Source of the DNA: Proteromonas lacertae
Taxonomy: Eukaryota
Assembly: GCA_002245135.1 (NCBI GenBank)
Contig: NGBS01000901.1
Coordinates: 1 to 64,000 of the forward strand
DNA: 64,000 nt
Reading direction: 5' to 3'
Positions within the stretch are counted from its first letter, which is position 1. The number at the start of each line of letters is the position of its first letter. Made by a program: the position numbers and the translations under genes. This document shows, piece after piece, positions 24,801 to 38,951 of the stretch. Below the pieces are notes generated by a model that was not told the DNA's origin, made no database searches, and worked only from the letters and a program-made list of their open reading frames with translations.

Positions 24801-27800
24801 CTAATCGATCTTTATATTTTAATCGATTCATTAATACGACGAATATATTATTATTTCGCTGTAAACTATCCATTGATTTTACTAATTTTTGACTTTTCAT
24901 TAATCGTATTTCTTCCTCAGATGGACCATTATCTACTACTTTACGGTTTCTACGTAATTTACTTAAAGGATTGTCAAAATAATCCCTTTTCTCTCTTTTA
25001 CTATTCTCATCATTATTTTCTTCTATTGTCACTATGGGAGGACTATTTGGTCTCGAGTTTAGCTTGGATTTTCTTCTTTCTTCACCCATCATACTCATCC
25101 TTCTAACACCCATCAACTTCTTTGTTCCAGCTTTCAATTTATTCTTTCCACTTTCTAATTTATCATTCTTTCTTCTCGCTTCTAAGATTCTTAAAGCACT
25201 ATGTTGTGGATTCTTCATATCTTCTTGTCTTATATCACTTATTGGTACAACGTAATTCTTTTTCTCTTCACATTTCCATTCTACTAAGTTTGGATCATGT
25301 ACTGGACTTTCTCTAATATAATCATCATTGTAATTACTACTACTATTATCATTTTCATCAAAATTGAAATTACTTTCACTTTTCTTAGTGGGCGATGGTG
25401 TATGTTTACGATTAGCAGCTGCTGTTGCTTGTATTAATCGACTTTTCCTTCTATCAGGACTTCTACCAGCACTACTTCCAGGTCTACTCCTTCCAGTCAA
25501 AGCTTCTTCTGCTTTCTCTTCTTCTAACTCTTTCTCTAACACTGGGGATGGCGGAATATATACTTTTAATTCTTTTTGTGTTTCTTTTGTCCATAAAACA
25601 CGATCATTTCCAATGGATGGGATTTCATTAGGATTCATATTCTTTCCAATATTTCCAAACTCAATTACTGGATCTTTAGAAGTATCATGAATTTCACTGA
25701 TATATAATTTCTTATCAAAATCAATCACTTTTTCTTCACTCAATTCTTTTTCTATTTTTTTCATATCTCCTTCGCCTTTGATTGGTTTTACTTCCACATC
25801 AATATCAATATCACCAATTCGATCTTTTCTTTCATTTATAAATATTTCATTCAAAGATTCTTCATATAATGCTTTTAATTCAGCTTCTCTTTCATCAGCA
25901 CTAACAAATCGATAAGTATCAACTAAATTAATATTTTCAGCTTTATCTTTATCATCTAATTTCAATGTTCCATCCTTATTATAAATGTTAGTGTTATCTA
26001 GTTGAAACATTATTTGACTATCATTATTTAATGATGATAAATTACCACCACCACCTGCATTATTCTGATTGAAATTCTTACTATCATTCGATACAATAGA
26101 ATCATTTGATAAATCATTATTCACAGTAGAAGTTGATGAAAATATACTACTCCTTGTACCAACACCATCTAATCTACCACCAATCATACTTTCTTTACGT
26201 TTATTATTATTATTATTATCAGGTAGAATAGAAGCACCAATTAAACTACTTTTTCTCTTATTTCCACCACCACTACCACCACTAGTAGTGTCTACTGTCA
26301 TTTCACTTCCATTACTTACCATTGATGAAGTTCTTAACGACTCTTTTAATCTTTTACTCAACTCTTTTGTTTTTTGATAATGTGCTAATAAGATTTTCAT
26401 TTGTTTGATTTCTACGATTATAGTTGATTTTACTTCAATCATTGAATGCATTTCATCTATATCTTTATCTAAATTCATCTTTCTACCATCAATCTCATAA
26501 TGTTCATTGTCATTCTCTTCATTTTTCTCCATTAATTCGATTTTTTCATTTTTTATATTTTCTAACTCTATTAACAAATCACCAGCATTGTCTTTCAAAT
26601 CGATTGGAATTTGATTTAAGATTTTCTGTTGTGCATTTATTTCTAATGTCAAGCTGGCTTGTTGTATCTCATAATTTCGAATATTCTCTTTCATTTTACT
26701 AATCATTAATTCCGCTTTATTTTGAACTATCTTCAAACCTTTAGCTCTTTCGCTGTTCTTACCATTTTCTTCAACTTCTTTATCATACAATTCAATTGAT
26801 CTTGCCAATCTTTCTTTATATTCTTTTAAATTAACTTCACATTTTTCTAACTCTTCATCAATTTTCTTCTTCTCATTCACTTTCTCTTTAATTATTTTTC
26901 TAACAGATGTCTTTTGAATTGTAAATTTATTATGAATAGTTTGTAATTCAATTGCAATCTTATTCCCTCTAGAATCTAATTCATATATTCTCTTCTCTAT
27001 ATCATTGATTTTATTGGTTATATCCAATAATCTCTTATCGCATTCTACTACATTTGTTTCTGTATCTTTAATTCCTTGTTTTAATTGTTTTATATCTTCA
27101 TCATATTGGTCTATTATCTTCTCACAATCATCAACAGTTTCAGTTTTTAATTTCTTTATTTCTTCTAAGAAAGAAACTTTATTCTTTTCAGTTAAATTAC
27201 TACTGTTAATTATCCCTTCATAATTAGGTTTATACATTATTGGTTCATTTACTTTAGCTCCTAATTGATTGGATATTTTCATCATTGATTTCCTTATATT
27301 TGCAGGTGTATTTGCTGCTTCATTTAAAGCTTCCATACTTTTCTTAAATATTTCACTATTTCTCCTTAAAAATTCATAATTATTATATTCAGTTATAATT
27401 TCTATATCTCTCTTCATCATATTAGAAATAATATGCCTTCGACCATCAATTATTTTATTATTTGTAACGATCAAATTTTTTAAACCATGAGCATCCAATG
27501 ATTTTAATTCTTTTAATTCTTCCTTTGCTTTGACATATTGATCCAACCACCAATGTATCTCACTATTATCATATGGATACTGTATTTCTGTAATCTCAAA
27601 ATGATTCTTCTCCTGTTCTTCCTGTTCTTTTCGTCTATATAAAAACTCTAATGATGCTGTTCTCCATAAATATCGATAACTAAAATCTTTTCCTATTCTT
27701 TCAATATATTCATGATATTTATTAACTTCATAATCTGTAAATTCAAAGGCATTTATTCGTTTTAAATGTTCAAAAAATACTTCGTTTATTTCTTTAGAGT

Positions 27801-29793
27801 TTGGATTTGTATTTCCACCACATAATTCAAGTGGAGTTTTTCCATTAATATCTTTCAAATTAATCAAACTTCCACATTCTAATAAATATCTAATTATTGG
27901 AATATAATCAATAGAAATTGAAGAATTGTAACAAGCCACATGCAATGGAGTTTGACGGTTTATATTTATACAATTCACTATATGACCCATCTCTTCAATC
28001 AAGCTTTTAACTCGAAGCAAATCACAGGTTTGAACAGCGATATGTAAACTGGTATTGTGATTCTTATCAATCCATAAATGTGGGTTACTCACATCTTCTT
28101 TATCATTTTGTAATTTCCAATTTAATAATATCAAATCCATTCGATTCTCTAATCTAAATGAATTTGTTCTTTTCATTTCATAGCAGTTCCTTTTCGCCTC
28201 TTTAAACATTTCTTTACCATTCAAATGAAACAACAATCTTGGTAATTCACCACCATTTTTACTGTATATTCTATTCTTTTTTTTACATACTAATTCATGC
28301 CAATTATAAAAGATAGTTTTAGTATGTTCAAAGCAAACTTGTCTTATATATAAATACCTCAACATTCTCCACTGATTTCTGTATTTATAATAATCTAACC
28401 ATCTTCTAAAACAATAAATTAAACGAAAATGATCACTATCATCTTTCCACCCAAATTGAGAAAGTAATGCTAAACTGATATTGTTTGATAATAATATATG
28501 ATATATTCCAACCGTTCTAATCATTTTTTGAGCTTTTAATCTTTTTCTCCATGTAAATAAACTGCTTTTCTTGTTTAATACATTACTTTTTAATTCTAAA
28601 TAATTCTTATTCTCTCTCAATATATGACTTTTAGTTGAATAGTTCTTCCAACCACTAAAACATTTACTTAATCGTCGAATTCTATTTCCTCTTCCTCGAC
28701 TTCTTTCTTTCCATTTTTCAAATACTTTTAACATTAATTTCATTGTGTAATGTTTTGTACTTTGACTGAATTGTTCTCTCATCACTTTGAGGATATGAAC
28801 GAAACTTTTCCAACTTTTGAAATATCGACGAATATGTGCTTTTTGAGCTAAATCACTTAGTGAAAATTCACGAAGTTTACGACTCTATTAATAATAAAGA
28901 AATAGTATGGAAAATAAAAGGAATAGAAGTGTATTAAAAAAGAATGAGTGTAAATAATCATTGATATATACTTGATATCTATTAATAAATCTTTCCCATT
29001 CACTTAATGGCTCTAAAAACACTGGTAAAGGTAATTCATTCTTCTTACAAATATGAAATACTGTCCATCTGTACCATATTTTAAATGATAATTTTTGTTT
29101 TTCTTTCAAATATACTAATTTCTTATGTTCTTTTATTATCTTTTCTCTTGTTGAATGTAACATCGCAATTGCTTTTAATCGATTGTTATATATCATTTTT
29201 ACGAATTTCTTCCAATTATCGAAGTAATCACGAATATCAATTTCATTTGGTTTTAATTGTTTCTTTTCTAATTCTTTCTTTTTCTTCTCTTCTTCATCTT
29301 CTTCATCACTATCATTGTTATTTATTACGATGTTCTTTATTCTGGATTTTCTTTCTATTTCTCTTAATTCTCGTTCTTGTGTTAATAAACTAAGTTCATG
29401 CTTTCGTTTCTCACGAATATATACGTTGTAACTCCACCAACTACGAATCACATGGTCACACAGCTTTCGATTAAAGTGCTTCACAGATAACACGTAATTT
29501 CGCCAATCAATAAATATTAATATACAATTGTGGTGTTTTCGATTTATGTATCTCATAAATTTACGACGGGGGATTATCATTCTCCACCACGTTTGAATAA
29601 ACACTATACTTTGACTACGACGTCTCTATTATTATATACTAATCATGCAAATTTATACTTCCAATTTGTAATGTTCTAAAAATATTCTGGTCTCTTCATC
29701 TTCTTTACTTGTGTCTTGATGGAATGGAGCAAATATTTTGGGTTGCTTCATCATCATTTTTCTTTTATTCTTTATTTCTGCATCAGATAACAT
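21874..29793 (-). CDS. Giant IQ/Sfi1-like, ankyrin-repeat, coiled-coil protein
   Basis: IQTWWR (IQ-like), repeated F..WK motifs, NTSLHIAV/QTPLHVAC/GKTPL ankyrins, long coiled coil. Introns ~29626-29658 and ~28885-28971 join the ORFs. Confidence 0.75.
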
Positions 29794-30023
29794 CTTCAAA
29801 TTTAAATTACAAACTCATATACTGATTTTGAGAAAAATTAAAATAACGACAAAAGTTTGATCTGATCAAGCTTTTTATTATTATTTTTTCATTTATTGAA
29901 TGAAATAAAGAATATATGATAATTATGTTTGTATTATTATTATATGAATTATCAATGTAATTGATAAAAACTCTCATAAAGCACTTAATTAATCAGAACT
30001 AATTATTAAGAAAGAATAATTTC

Positions 30024-33000
30024 TTATTCAACATTAGAAAATTCTTCTGATAATTCTTTCTTTTCTTCTTCGGATAATCCATTCAATTTTATTACTTCTA
30101 TTAAATTCAATGTTTCTATAAATGATTTCAATTCTGATTTATCTATGTTTGCTTTTACTGTTATTGATAATTCTTTCAAACCTTTATAGATTGTTTTATT
30201 TTCTTTAATTAATTTCAATTCACTTTCATTTAATTCATTTCCTATAAAATTTATTGTTTTAAATGTATATATTTCTTTTATTTTTTTATTATTAGTTTTA
30301 ACCCTTTCTCACTCATTCCAATATCTATTCAAATTTTAGATATTATATTATATTCATTATATACTTGATAGATTTAAAGATTCTGGATAATTGTGCTTAT
30401 CCATTTTAACAAATATATAAAAATATTCGTAAATTAATTCAACTCCTTCATCTCCAATTGGATTATCATGAATTGAAATATATTTTGCATAATAATTCAT
30501 AGAATCTGTTAATTCTTTTAAACCTTTGGAACTTATATGGTTATTCGATATATCCAGTGTTTTATATTCAATCTGTTTTATTAATTTAATATGAGAATCA
30601 TTCAAATTCATATCTATTTCATAAGAAATTCTTGTTATATACAAGAGAAATCATTCTTTTTCCCATAATCATATGTCTATACAATATTGTAAATAATATT
30701 CCAATTCTTCATTTGTCCATGATAAATTTTTCATTTGGACAAATTGACTATAATAATTATTTAATGACTTTTCACAAATTAATTTTAATCCTGCCATTCT
30801 TATATTATTTCCTTTTACACATAGTGTGTTACTTATATAAATCATATCAGTTATATCAGTTATATATATTGCACTTTCATCATCTATTGAAATGTTATTC
30901 AAATTAAATTCATTATCATGTTTAAATTTATCAAAATTATCAAGTAACAACTTTAAGCCAACATTACCTATTGGATTATCTATTTACATTATTATCAAAT
31001 GATAATTGTTAGATAAATATACCATTAACGCATAAATAGTCAATTCTAAAGAATTCATCTAGATTATTAATTAAATATTCAATTCCATCTGAATCTATAT
31101 TATTGTGACTTATATCAAGTCGATATATATGTTCATTGTAATTCTTTAAACCATCTACTATATACTTTAATCCATTTGAAGATAAGCCCATTTCTATTTG
31201 AAAATAATAAATTTCAATTGTGATACTTGAACAATTTTTAAAATTATAATGCATTAAATGTAGATGTGGAGATAATATTTTTATTCCTTCATCTCCTATC
31301 TTATTTCCATTTAAGTATATACATTGTATATTTGAAATAGAAGATAAATTATTAAACAATACTTCTACACTTTTAGATGTTAGATTATTATCTATACAAT
31401 AGAAAAATATCAAATTATACTACTCAAATCTAACTCTTTTATTGCTTCTAATTCATTTAATCTTAATGAAATTAATGATTTGAAGAAATCATCATCTATT
31501 TCTAAATTACTCAGATTTAATTTAGAATGATAATTATAATAACATTTGATGCAATTGATGAAATTTGGAATGTCTTTATCTATCAGTAATTCTTTATTTC
31601 TTCTATTATAAATAAATATTATTTTGCAAATAGGAGATTTGGATAATATGGCTTTTATTCCTCTAGAATGGATATTTCTGTTTTCGCTAATATCTATTCT
31701 CTCGAGATTTGGATATTTGTCTAATTCTTCTGATAATAATATCATTGATTCATCATCAAGATCCATTCCTTTTAGATCCAGTTCATCATATTTGTTAATT
31801 AATAAATGTAAATATGGAAGTAATAATTTGAAGCCTTTTAAGCCAATTGGATTATCTATTTCCTGAGAATAACATAGAATAATATATACATGTTAAATCT
31901 AAGTATTTCAATTTCATGAATGGAATTGATTTAACAAATGATTCAATAAAATGTATAGAAAGATTGTAGGAAAATAATTCTATTATTAGTAGATTAGTTA
32001 ATCGACTGAAACATGATCCAAATAATGACTGATATTGGAATGGAATATTTATGTCTATTTAAATATAAATAACAATTATTTTAAATCATACAACAATAAA
32101 GTTCTTTTGGATTTATTAGTTTCAATATTCAAAAGAAATAATCTATTCCTTCTTCACATAAACATAAACAATTTGGATTAATTTTGATAATAATATTACC
32201 TTTACAATATATATCAATGTTAAATATTATCTTATCTAAATAACAATTTCTTCCATCTTTACATTGATGAATACAATGAATTTTTAATCTATCTTTTATT
32301 GATTTATCTTCTTTGTATAACTTCATTAATAATAATATTGATAATATTCTATCATCTGGATTATTATTGTAACATTCTATCAACACATCTAGAATTTCTT
32401 CCCATTTGTCTATTTTAAGACAATATTCTCTAGGATATATTATTCGAAGTTTTACTACCAATTTATCATTTTCGCATAACATTTCTTTTCTTTCTTCACA
32501 TATCATTAAATTGCTTTCTTCATCTTTCAATATCTCACTTATCTTTATCATTTCTTTATTCAACTCTTTTATGCTTATTCGATTTACATTTTCTTTTATG
32601 AATATTTTGGATAGAATATTGGAATATAATGGATTAGTTAATTCATCTCTTTGACATTTACATTTCATTATGTTATTCATTGTTTTAATTATATTATCAT
32701 CTTCATTAAATGGTAATTTCTTGTTTGTTATTTCATACAATATACATCCAACTGACCAAATCACACTTACATCATTACACTCTAATCCATTCAACTCTTC
32801 TGGGCTTTTAAAGCATATGTGGTATAAACTTGTATTTTCTTCTTTTCTTAATTTGTTTAAATTATAATCACATATCTTTACATCACCATCTTTTCCATAT
32901 ATTATGTTACTACTCTTCAAATTACTTAATATTACATCATAATCACTCAATATCATCAATATAGCACATATTTCACTTATCATCTCACAAATATTATCTT

Positions 33001-33358
33001 TTGATAAAGAATCTTTATTTATCACTTCTTCTAAATCTTCAAGGTAGTGTTTTCTTTCTAATTTCATCACATTATACCCGATTTCAATCACTACAAACGG
33101 GTATATCAAACTACTACAACTTTCTGACAAATAAGAATTTGTTTCAAGGAATTTCAATACTGTCTTTTCTTTCAATGCATCCATTACTATCATCTTTGTC
33201 ATATTCTTTGTGTTTCTATTACCATCAATGACTACTTCAGTTTCTTTTAAATCATCTCTTTCAATCATCTAATAAACATCAATATTCAATATACTGTATT
33301 CAGTATTAGTTAAATTTAATAATAATTTATTATTTCTTGCTCTATTTGATAAAGACAT
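30024..33358 (-). CDS. Degenerate kinase plus RI-like leucine-rich-repeat protein
   Basis: LSNLKSSNI, VKICDYNL, KSPE, IWSVGCILYE followed by LRRs (LNGNKIGDEGIKIL, LDISHNNIDSDGIEYL, IHDNPIGDEGVELI); many short introns. Confidence 0.8.
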
Positions 33359-33525
33359 TTTTATAACGATTTTTATTTCAATAATTTATTCGTTTCATTT
33401 TCATTTCTATTTTGAATTATCAATCATTTTCATCTCTTTTCATTTATTTATTAAATCATTCACTAAATCATAAACACAAATTTTTAATAAAAATATTTTT
33501 AGAAGATAAAAACAAAATAAACTTT

Positions 33526-34564
33526 CTATATCATATCATAACCACTTGAACTTCCTGCAAAACTACTTTCCCCTATTATTGTCTCACCACTCAAGATTAC
33601 AAATATTCGACTTCCTCGACCACTACTCATATAAAACGCCCAGAAAAAGAATAAAACAAATTGAAAACCATAATCCCAGATTAAGATCACAATATAAGCT
33701 TTTTCAATATATAAACCTGAACTAAGATTCTATTCAAATTAATTATTATATATATATATATATACGAATAAAGCAGATGTTATGAACCACGCTTCATGTA
33801 ATACAAAGAAATATAAATAGAAATTCTTCTTTTCAGGATTTAATTCAGATCGATAAGTTGGAAATGCTTTTAAACCAAATAATATCGATAATATAAACCA
33901 ACTAATACTCACTATTATTCCAGCCCAACTATAAAAGGGATTCTCATTTTTCTTTCTATAATATTATATTATTATAATTATATAATATATACTGAATCCA
34001 AATTTCATAAATTACAAATAACATATGAGGAAGTAAATAAAAACAAATCATTAAGATTGGTAATACTACTTTACCTTTCGCAGATTGACTCACTCCCCAA
34101 CCTTGACTTACTTCGCCTAAGATATAACACAGAATTGTCCAACAACAACAATATAATATCTCATATATTAACTAATTAATTAGATTTATTCTAATATACC
34201 TTGATTATTCCTATATCTTTTCCTGCATCACTAATAATTGTATAAATCAAACGAACTATTAAATAAATGAAATAAAATCCCATTGCAGTTAATAATGTCT
34301 ATAATAGTAAATATATTACAATCTTATATTGTATACTTTAGCAAATAAATGAAACTTTCCTTCACTCTTCAGCTGAAGAACTCCTCGATAAACAAACACT
34401 GCAAAAATACACCATACTACCAACCAGAACACAACAAATATTGTATCCTCTTGATCTTGTACTTTTGTGTTATCAGCCTATTAGTATGTTTAAAAATACA
34501 GATAATATACACTTGCATTCATCAACATCATGATCATGAAAAAAATAAGGCTACTCTTGTTCAT
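33526..34564 (-). CDS. GPR180/TMEM145-like multi-pass membrane protein
   Basis: Signal peptide and several TM segments across short exons; ILGEVSQGWGVS, FYSWAGI, EKKNFY..F...AWF. Confidence 0.5.
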
Positions 34565-34678
34565 ATCTGCAATTCAAGAAAGATTTTTAATCGAGCTAAG
34601 TTCAAGCAAAAATGACTGAAAATAATTTTTCGCAAACCACAATACTAAAAAATAAAAAATACAACTTAAAAATAAATA

Positions 34679-36547
34679 TTATTTGCACAAAATATGTTCA
34701 TCACCTGTATTTATATCACGAACATTGGATTTAGGAATTTCATCCAGTACAACCACATTATTATCATCTCCGTCATTTATCAACTTTCCATCCACAAATA
34801 AAGAACAATAAGGTCCTACATTCCAATATCTACCAATATTAAATCTATTGAAATAAACATGGCCTTTAATCCAATCTTTAAACAACAAATAAGTACTTTT
34901 ATCATTTACACCATTTGTTAGAATGTAACTGTTAATAACTGGACCATATGTTTTATTAGCAGCAATAATGCCTACCTTATTCTTTAATTTATTCATTTCT
35001 TTGTAATTGAGTGTAGCAATCTTATCCATATCCATCACATAAATAGTAAAATTAGATACAGCTGCTCCATTTATTCTAAAATGATTAAATCCTTTCCATA
35101 ACACTGAATCTCTTAAAGGATTATCAATATAACCAACAGATTCTACTAATAAATCCAATATACCACTTTCACTACCTATATTCAACGTAACTGTCTTATT
35201 TTCATAGTTTAAAGATGTAATATACTTTGAATTATAATATACTATTAACCTATCATGTATATTCTGTACTGCAATTGTTTTAGATGTACTTGATGTTAAT
35301 TTCGTCCTATACAATACATATAATCCACTAGAACTAACATTCAACTCATTAAACAATAGTGTTGAAGAATTAGTAATGATTTTACTACTTATAGTATTTA
35401 GTATATCAAATAAATGAATAGACTGTTTATAAACTAAACTACCATATCCTGATTTACTTCGGTTTGCGGGTATATATGGAAATGGTCCAGAAAATTCCCC
35501 CAGAAAATTTCTTAACTTTGTAAACACCTCACCAGTATCACCATTCTCTCTGATAAATGTTTCATCGTAATAGACAGTATGATCGATCAAATAGGTGTTA
35601 TTATAGAAATCAACTCCATTTTGATTCAAGCCTAGGTTTGTACCACCTACTAATGGTTCAAGTATAATTGATACATTATAACTTAACATTTCTTGAAGTA
35701 TGACGATTAATTTCGAAATATCTAAATGAGTAACATGTTTATTATAGAAATAGTTTGGACGATTAAATATTGTATATTTCATAACAATTGGTATATTTTT
35801 CTTCACTTTAAGTAATTCTGATATACTTTTAGCAATATTCTGATTATCACCTATATTCATCGATATAGTTGGAAGTAAGTATGGTGTACTACCACATTTA
35901 ATATTTAATTCTTTACTAATATCATTTGTAAATATAATAGTTTCCTCATTTAAATTATGTCTGGTAATGTTGTATACACTATCTAAATATGTATCATCAC
36001 ATACCTTATAATCTCCAAAATGAGATTCGATTTGTATCATCAACACAGTACCACCATTTCCTTCACTATACAAATGAGGTTTTATAATTGGTAATAATGA
36101 ATTAAAATACTGTTCTACAGATGACATAAACCTTATATCTGAACTTCTTATTTTTGAATCAACTTCATTTGATAATAACCAAGGAGGTAAACCACCTAAA
36201 CTGTATTCTGAACCAATGAATGGACCTATAGATAGAATTACATACAAACCATGTTTTTCGATTAAATATAAGAATGAATCTAAATCTCCTGAGTCTGTAA
36301 AGTAATAGGTTGTTTGATTTGGTTGATGTAAAGCCCAAGGAACATTGACATATACTGTATTCACTCCTAATGATTTAACTTTAGAAATGTAATCTTCCCA
36401 TGATCTATGGTATATAGAATAGTAATTCATCGTTCCTCCAAATATAATAAATGGAAGACCATCTAACAAAAATGTACTGTCTCTTATTTCAAATTTGGTA
36501 CATAAAATTTTCACAAACAACAACGATAAGATAAAGAAAAATAACAT
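34679..36547 (-). CDS. GH35 beta-galactosidase-like protein, secreted, probably inactive
   Basis: Signal peptide; FLLDG.PF, GVNTVYVNVPWALHQP, GPFIGSEYSLGGLPPWL, GGTN, WIKGHVYFNRFNIGRYW..GP. Confidence 0.88.
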   Translation of the reverse strand: MLFFFILSLLFVKILCTKFEIRDSTFLLDGLPFIIFGGTMNYYSIYHRSWEDYISKVKSLGVNTVYVNVPWALHQPNQTTYYFTDSGDLDSFLYLIEKHGLYVILSIGPFIGSEYSLGGLPPWLLSNEVDSKIRSSDIRFMSSVEQYFNSLLPIIKPHLYSEGNGGTVLMIQIESHFGDYKVCDDTYLDSVYNITRHNLNEETIIFTNDISKELNIKCGSTPYLLPTISMNIGDNQNIAKSISELLKVKKNIPIVMKYTIFNRPNYFYNKHVTHLDISKLIVILQEMLSYNVSIILEPLVGGTNLGLNQNGVDFYNNTYLIDHTVYYDETFIRENGDTGEVFTKLRNFLGEFSGPFPYIPANRSKSGYGSLVYKQSIHLFDILNTISSKIITNSSTLLFNELNVSSSGLYVLYRTKLTSSTSKTIAVQNIHDRLIVYYNSKYITSLNYENKTVTLNIGSESGILDLLVESVGYIDNPLRDSVLWKGFNHFRINGAAVSNFTIYVMDMDKIATLNYKEMNKLKNKVGIIAANKTYGPVINSYILTNGVNDKSTYLLFKDWIKGHVYFNRFNIGRYWNVGPYCSLFVDGKLINDGDDNNVVVLDEIPKSNVRDINTGDEHILCK

Positions 36548-36614
36548 AATAGAATTAAAACAAGATTTGATTCCTGCTTGACTTAGATTTTATTGTTGTT
36601 TATCATTTTAAAAA

Positions 36615-37368
36615 ATGAACATTTTCTGCCTTATTATTGCTATGTTACTTCCTTATTTGACAATGTTCTCAGCATTGTGCACTGTTTTAGGATTTATTGG
36701 TATGTGGTACTTGTCATTGTTTCAATATCCTTTTGATTTTATAATGAAACAAAAAGTTTAACCTTTACACATAAATAAGTCCAGAATTAGATGCTGTTGA
36801 GATGGGAGAATTACATGTTGCGTATTATTGTAGAATATTATTATTTATTTTAGATATATCACAACTGTAGGACCATTCAGCGAGATGGGTAAAGCATATG
36901 ATAAATTAGGTAAAAATGATGGGTGAAGTATAATATATATTTATTCAATTATTGTATAAAATATAATAGCTTCCAAAAGGCAAACTCATCGATAAGGGAT
37001 ATGTTGATGTTTATCATACAAATCCACAAAAATCTAAACCAGAAGAACAAAGATGGAGCAGTGGTATAATGTTTGAAGCAAAGGATGGAATAGAAGAAGA
37101 TTTGAAAAAAGTTGGATTTGAAATAACCACAATTAAAGCTCAAGAAGCCTTAAGATCAAGATTATATATGAGAAGTGAGTATTCTTATGTTGTGAATTCT
37201 GAAAGAATGAGTAAGAGCATGGTTAAATTCATTAAAGATAGTGGACTAAAGTGTGAATCTTCAATTGTTGCTATAAGTAGAAAAGATGATCCAACTCATT
37301 TAGACGTATTGTATTACCCTAAAGAAAAGGGATGGCTTGCAACTAGTATGGACACTTATGATAATTAA
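36615..37368 (+). CDS. TEX264/GyrI-like membrane-anchored protein
   Basis: N-terminal hydrophobic segment; TTVGPFSEMGKAY and VYHTNPQKSKPEEQRWSSGI resemble GyrI-like motifs; short introns. Confidence 0.45.
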
Positions 37369-37425
37369 ACAATTTAAATATGTTGTTTTAATGACTTTCT
37401 GATTAGTCAAACATGTTTGTTCTAA

Positions 37426-38319
37426 ATGAATTCTAAAAAAATTATAATCTTCTCTACAGCTGCAATTGCTGCAGGAACTGCTATTTATTTTTATTTAGTA
37501 TGTTTATTATTTTATGTTGTAGAGAAAGAAGCGATCTAAGGATCTTCCACCACCTCCTAATGGTATTTTAGCATATAGCATAATAATAGGAATTCTATTT
37601 GATAGTTATTATAGAATATTGTCATATATCAATAGATCTATGGAAGAAATAGGAGTATAAAGAAGAATTATTGATATTTAGATGAAACTTCTGGATGCCA
37701 AATACCAGTTATTAACACAAAATGCACAAGAGAGTAAAGTAAATGCAATGCTAGCCACTAAGTTCATGGAATACCTCAAAAAGATTTCAAATACTGTATT
37801 ATGAAAGTAATCATGTATATAATTGCATAGTATTATGAAAAATTCAATGTAACACCAGAACAAGTAGAAATCTCTCAAAAATACTATAATGATACAAAAG
37901 AACATCAACATTTAGTTCAATTCCTGAATAATTGTTATGCAAATGTAGTAGGAGATAAAGCAAAATATATTAAACCATCAGCAGAACTTACAGAGAAAGT
38001 AATATTCGATATTTATAACGAAATATCAACTAAAACAATAGAAAAATATAAAAGATTAGTTTATAAATTTTATGAAAATAATGGAATTACAAAAGATAAG
38101 AAATGGAAGGAATTGAGTGAAGAAAATGAGAAATATAAATTATATTTTGATGAGAAATTGACAGATATTTCTAATGAAGTTTCATTTGATATATTAAATA
38201 AATATAATATTACACAATTAGAGTATGATTCTGCATTGCATAATTTCATTCAAAATCCTGAATTTGCTAGTAAATATCAGAATATTGTACGTAATTTATC
38301 TGAAGCAATTGATTTTTAA
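37426..38319 (+). CDS. Hypothetical protein with N-terminal TM segment
   Basis: MNSKKIIIFSTAAIAAGTAIYFYL then several short exons; long last exon. Confidence 0.6.
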
Positions 38320-38400
38320 TTTGTACTTTTCTATTCTAACATGTTTATTTTGTATTTATTAAAATAGGTTTGATTATTGTTTGAAAATTGAGAAAATTAA

Positions 38401-38951
38401 ATGAGTTATTTTTCAAAGGCTATTACTAAATTTAACAGAATAAGTATATTTATACTTTTATTTTACTAGGCACTGTTGGTTTTAGAAATATCACATCTTT
38501 TACACCAGTAATTACTAGAAATAGTATTAGTTGTTATTTAAGTGTTTAGGTCGTAGTGTTTTCAATATTCATAACTCTGTAAGAATGTTTTCAAATGAAA
38601 ATAAAGGAGATGATGGTGATGTGTTGACTTTAAAAGGACCAGATGGTAGAGCAATAAAAATATCAAAATCTGAACTTATCAACTCACTTTTTGGTGGAAG
38701 ATGGTTGTTCAAATTGTCAAGATGGGTGTTGTTGTGGTGAAAATCACAATGAAGAATGTAATAAACCAAAAGAATATGTTTATTATGCAAATATAGCTGA
38801 TTCACATCACAGTGAGGGTAGTTGTGGATGTGGTTGTGGTTGTGGATGTCATAATGAAAATGAAGGCGAATGTTGTGGTGGAAGATGTGAAAATGAAGAA
38901 GGGTGTGGATGTGGTTGTGGAGAAGGTGGTTGTGGTTGTCATAATCATTAA
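38401..38951 (+). CDS. Small protein with mitochondrial-presequence-like N-terminus and Cys/Gly/His-rich tail
   Basis: MSYFSKAITKFNR...SVRMFS; C-terminal CGCGCGCGCH repeats; requires a +1 shift near 38690. Confidence 0.5.

Noticed and set aside
22175..27223. Numerous plus-strand ORFs rich in F/L/S/I
   Set aside because: Antisense shadows of the large minus-strand gene; the same applies to shadow ORFs over other genes.
37410..37425. TGTTTGTT motif (also ~10057), associated with polyadenylation-created stops in Blastocystis
   Set aside because: The upstream genes already have encoded stop codons, so there is no evidence of the phenomenon here.
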